From Catajapyx aquilonaris (lineage: Eukaryota): a stretch of DNA of 40,570 bases. Position numbers and translations under genes: made by a program. The stretch spans positions 1 through 40,570 of the forward strand of contig JYFJ02003522.1 in the NCBI GenBank assembly GCA_000934665.2. The letters run 5' to 3'. The notes below the pieces were generated by a model. That model was not told the DNA's origin. It did no database searches and saw only the letters and a list, made by a program, of their open reading frames with translations. Of this stretch, positions 35,834 through 40,570 are shown in pieces (the first letter of the stretch is position 1; every line of letters starts with the position of its first letter).

Positions 35834-37841
35834 CAAAAATCTACAGAGCAGTAAATTTCGGCACTCAATACCATGGAGCTTTGAACACATTTGTAGGATC
35901 TATCAAGACTTTAGTCAGCTGCTGGCGCCATCACACACTCCGGTTCTGTTTGGTTCCCACTCCGGATCGAATCCGGGCGAGCCGCGAAACGACCGCAATC
36001 CTCTGCTTCATGGCCTATAAACTTAATAATTAACTGGGGTCGGTTAAGAGGAAACAAATCCTTCCCGGGGATTAAACTTTATCGGTTATTTCCCCTCGGT
36101 GCTAATCTCCTAGCATTTCCAGAGACTTGACTGCTGGTTAAGTATTTCTTTTTTTTCTCTCTTTCCAAGCCTTGTTCTACCCTCAGGATTTTTTCGGTGG
36201 AAACGTCTCACCTGTTGCCACTTCATGCTGGGATGCAACATATGATGAATATACATGTGCCAGGCAACAACTTGGGCACGCTAGATCCGGGGGGACTTAA
36301 TCGCCGCCTCATCTTCCATTCCTCAGGTGGTATATTCACCGTATAAATATCCATTCGGTTGGCGCACCAGACGTTATCTGGCTTGTAAAGCCTGTTATTA
36401 CAATATTTCGTATATCTCAACCCACAAGGTGGACGAATAGGCAGTTACTATGCTGACTTTTTTTTCGTGCTCGGTTATATTTATGCAAATTACGAGCAAA
36501 ATTACGAGTAATTAATTTGAATATCCTACTTGGGACCTTCACTTTAACTAATTAATTATAATTGGAACACATTTGTTACACATGAGGCAGACACTCGAAA
36601 CGAACCATTACACGGAATAAATTTTCCTAGTTGCCCACATATACACACATGTTCGAGACAAATTAGCAGCCAATTAAACAAGCCGAATCAGCAGGGGGGA
36701 GGGAGTCACCTAAGCTTATCCAATTAACATCCTTCAACTCCCAGCATCTTTTTGGAGCCATAATAATAATAAAAAAGAAGTGAGAAAAACTCAATTACAT
36801 CTTCACCTTCAACTAATGAGGAATTCGCGCCGATCTAACAACCTCTCAAGCTCCTAGGGATATGAGCTCCTAAGGGAAATCTTATGCGCTCACATATCAA
36901 TAATTAAAACCTGGTCAGCCTAGGGCCATCGTGGCGAATAGGTCATGGAGCAGGCTTTTTTCGGGGGTCTCAGCATCAGCCTCCCATCACATATTCCCCC
37001 ATGCCAATTTCTTCTCCCGAAAAAAAAAAAAAAAACCTTGGGACTCTTTACGTCCTCGAGGCATACAGAAACTCGCTTTCTCGAACCTTTCACACCTGCC
37101 CCGTTCCTTTGTCTAAAGATGGTGCAGGGGCCAAACCGCAAATTTTTATCTAAGTTTAATAATATGCGACACTGACTCCAGTATTTTTTTCTCCTTTAAG
37201 AGTGTGCCTTGTGGCGTATTTCCATAATGTACACCTTTGCCTGGGTTTCCGGGCGGTTCCCATGAAACGAATGTGGTGGGATTATGCTAATGCTAAATTC
37301 AATCTCGTGGAGGTCTTGTTACAAACTCATGAGAGAGGGAGCTCTAGAGAGGAAGATCAGCGGATGCGACTTTTTGCAAAAAATATATGTAATAATGAAT
37401 TTGCAAAAAAAATGAACGTGACCAAGTCGGGTGTTGGAAGATTCTACGTGGAACAAACAGTATCAAGAGTCCATTAAATGATATCCATGGGGGGATGAAT
37501 GGAGCTGGTAACAAAAGTGTGTGTGTCTATACGTCAAAGCCCTCCTTTTTATTATAGGAATGACTTCACCCAGACCTGTTTCCTAGTCCCAAAAAGCACG
37601 TTTAACAATCAAGTGATAAGCATATCAAACTGGACATGCCAAAATGAAAAAAACCTTGGGACCTTTTACAACGAGCGGGTATGCCAAGCATGTGGAAGTC
37701 GCCCCCCGGTATAAAACCACGTCAAAGTCCGAGGACCTTGGCCACAGAAACATGTCTTAACAATTGGTTTCTAAAGCCCCTGATAATAATTATCACGCTC
37801 CATCTGGTCCAGCCGCAAACGAAAAAGCCAACCTCACTGAG

Positions 37842-38281
37842 GCAGCCATTTTGCTGAAAATTGGAGCGCCATATTGTTTTATACGCACCTGTCGACGCAA
37901 TTTAACATGTTAATTTATTTTTATCGGTATAATAATTTAGTTCATTGTGCATTAATTTAATTTATTTCGTGTACTACTTTATGGTTCCAGATATTTCACG
38001 TATTTGTGCACATTAATTGATGTATTTGTTTATTACTAAGAAATAAATTAATCCGAACGATTCTAATATTTGCAATTTATAAAATTTAATATAATATTAC
38101 ATACAGTAGGCTATATTGCATTTATAATTTATATAATTTAATAATACTAATATTAGATATAATAACAAGTCGCACTAACCATATTCTGTAGCGAATGAGG
38201 TCTCTTTTCCTACTAATTGTCTTCAAATTTTTTGCCCTAAAGTGTCATGGCGCTTCTAGGTGGTCGCACCAAGATGGCGGC
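37842..38281. mobile_element. Possible decayed MITE: AT-rich core between degenerate inverted repeats
   Basis: GCAGCCATTTTGCTG...GGAGCGCCAT (37842-37872) versus ATGGCGCTTC...CACCAAGATGGCGGC (38247-38281). Confidence 0.35.
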
Positions 38282-38686
38282 GCCCACGTGCACTTCCTAC
38301 GTTCCAAGTCAAATTCAATCAAATCCGATCCCGCCCTTGATCCCAGATCCCAAAACACTTTCCCTTTTTTCCCTCTCCCCTAGTTTCCCACCGACTCCAT
38401 ATACCTCCCGTTCGGTTGGAAAACCCCCTCTGCATCCCTAACAAACTCTCCCCTAGATCTGTGCATAGCCTCCAGCCTAGCATCACGTGCAGTGGCGTAC
38501 CCGAGCACTCAAATCCCATTCCACAGGATTGGAGAGGTTAGAACTAGAGAAAAAAAACCAAAGCCGCGGGGATAAATGCCCCGAATATTTCCCACGATCA
38601 AGCCCGGCTTGAATGGGCCGCTTTATTTTGGGGGGTGTTCCGGAATTGTTTTTTTAAGGATAAAAATACGTGTGTGATCTACTCAC

Positions 38687-38828
38687 GTTATAAATGATGT
38701 ACTTCTCAGCATCCTCCTCGTGGGTGCCCGGCGTGTAAACCGGACAGATGATGTTCACTTGATCGTACTCGAACGGGATGTTCCCTTTGTTCACGTCGAT
38801 TATGTGGTCAGTGTTGTCTATCCTGAAT
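38687..38828 (-). CDS. Ephrin: Ephrin exon, N-terminal part of receptor-binding domain
   Basis: tttcag acceptor and GTGAGT donor. 142 bp. Encodes FRIDNTDHIIDVNKGNIPFEYDQVNIICPVYTPGTHEEDAEKYIIYN and joins in phase 0 to VSKEEY. Confidence 0.96.
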
Positions 38829-40570
38829 CTGAAACACAACAAAAGATAGACAAGGTTGAGAAATCGTGTCATTAGTGGGTTCTAATTGGGGGAAGGGTGG
38901 TGAAAGGTCATGTTTGAAGCAGGTCTGCTCCGATGCATTTGCAGGCGTTGTAAACATGGGCTTCTCTATGAATTTCATATCAAGGAGGCTTGGGGGTGCT
39001 CATTAACGGCGATGCACGAAGTACGTGTGAAATATTTAAGAACGAGTATACTTGAAAAAAAGTACTGGGCGGAATTACCAGGTGCTGGGTGGATACAGGC
39101 GTAATAAGGACTTGATTAAAGGGGTCGGTTGTATTTCAATCCGTTTAGTGCAACGAGCCAGTAGCATGAACCCAAATTATGTCGAAAATCACCAATATTG
39201 TCGAATTATACACTGTGAACGGTATCGTGATATATCGATATTTCTGGATGACATCCGGAGTGATGATTGGCTCCTGACACTTTTTACCTCAATTCTTGCA
39301 AGATGATTCATCTTTTCCGCCGTTTTCCGCGAATAAAGGAAGCGGCTGTAAGTAGCATATGGTTTGCCATCAAAATCCTTTTTTCTTCCCCAGCCCAAAA
39401 ATGATAGGTTGCGGGGATCTTGTCGCCCATAGAAAATTACAGTCCCCATAGCGCCTTCCTTCAAGCGCGGCTCCTTAGCACCGTGTTCCTCCGTCGTCAA
39501 AAACTTTTTGACAATTTCCTCAGAAAACTTCCACCTGATCCTCGCTTCAGATAGCGTGGACCAGGCCGATTAATTGAAAATAATACCGTCTCCGGCTTAA
39601 AATCCGCTGTGTAATTACACCCCTGCCTTCCGTCAGCCCCGTAAAACCCGCCTGCTGAAGCGCCAGGTGACGGAGCTTACAACAGCGATTTGCCTTCCTT
39701 ATGGCTAATTAGGGGGGGACAAAAGATGCGAAACACCAGCTCCATCTACACTTCTTAATTCTTTTTTTTCTCTCTCTCTCTCCTTCTTCACCATCATTCT
39801 GGTTGGCTGTACCTCAGGGTTTATTTTGCATGCGCCTGAGAGTATTGCGGAATGAAACAGAAACGGAGTCAGGCCGAGCGGAAAGATCATTATAATGCCT
39901 TCCGTCAAATGCACCTGTCGACAGTCAGCAGCGATCGTCATTTCTCCTGAGGGAATGAAATGAGAAAAGGAGAAAGAGGAATGGAGTCACTGGGGCGTGT
40001 TTTTGGAAGGAAAAGACGGACTCCCTCCCTGCTCTTCATAATGGGGAGAAATTCCTAGGCAGGGGTACAGCCTCATCCTCTAGCTATCTCAGAGATCTGG
40101 CCAAAAAAATACCAGCAGATGACGTCAATATCTCACGAACGTAGTCACTTTTGGATGAATAATTGACATTGCATGGAATGATTATGTCGTAGAGAGCGCA
40201 TCATGTTATCATTAGGTTATTATGCGATTCACGAGTCCTGGCCTGTTAGGCTCCATCCACCTCCTCCCAACGTCAGCGGCGGAAGAAATCAGGCCTACAA
40301 TGCTCGTGATTGTCGCGAGTAGGAGCCATTGGTGCGGGGTTCGGTCTCAACAAGGGATAGGTGGTTCGTCGTATTTCCAGGCCTGGTTGCCCCCCCAATG
40401 CGATTTATAAAAATACAATGGTTGTATGAGGCCCGTCTGGTTCGCCAGCGACGGTACTCTCTTCCTCGAGCGGTCCTCGGACCTGACTCGCATTTCTTGG
40501 TTGGACGGGGTGCTTGGGAGAATATCCCACCCCCGTCCCTGGGTTGGACCCGGCATTGCAGTACAGCCGG

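Larger units (their letters stand above)
15505..38686 (-). other. 23,182-bp ephrin intron
   Basis: GT...AG boundaries between two exons that give contiguous ephrin domain sequence (YIIYN|VSKEEY). Confidence 0.9.

Noticed and set aside
38829..40570. Upstream ephrin exon (signal peptide, WN..NP motif)
   Set aside because: No matching sequence was seen on the - strand, so it probably lies beyond the window.

Overview
Eukaryotic genomic DNA, probably from an arthropod (judged from the ephrin sequence and a TCAGT initiator). There are two main components. (1) 307-7771, + strand: a near-complete Ty3/Gypsy (Metaviridae) LTR retroelement with three ORFs. It has gag with a CCHC knuckle, pol (PR-RT-RH-IN) reached by a -1 frameshift at G GGA AAC, and a baculovirus-F/errantivirus-type env. 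Three lesions are visible: one nonsense codon in RNase H, a 7-bp duplication that frameshifts env, and a 3' LTR cut off after 84 bp where it abuts a Helitron-like 3' end. (2) 13496-38828, - strand: five coding exons of an ephrin gene (about 259 aa in the window), with a 23.2-kb intron, a Ser/Thr stalk and a GPI-type C-terminus. The first exon(s) lie outside the window. The probable 3' UTR is about 4.2 kb, carries three miR-124 seed sites and points toward the retroelement. The rest is non-coding DNA with small transposon relics, including a 16-bp palindrome in an 8-bp direct repeat, hairpins, a tRNA T-arm-like element and short tandem repeats. Most short ORFs in the track are spurious.
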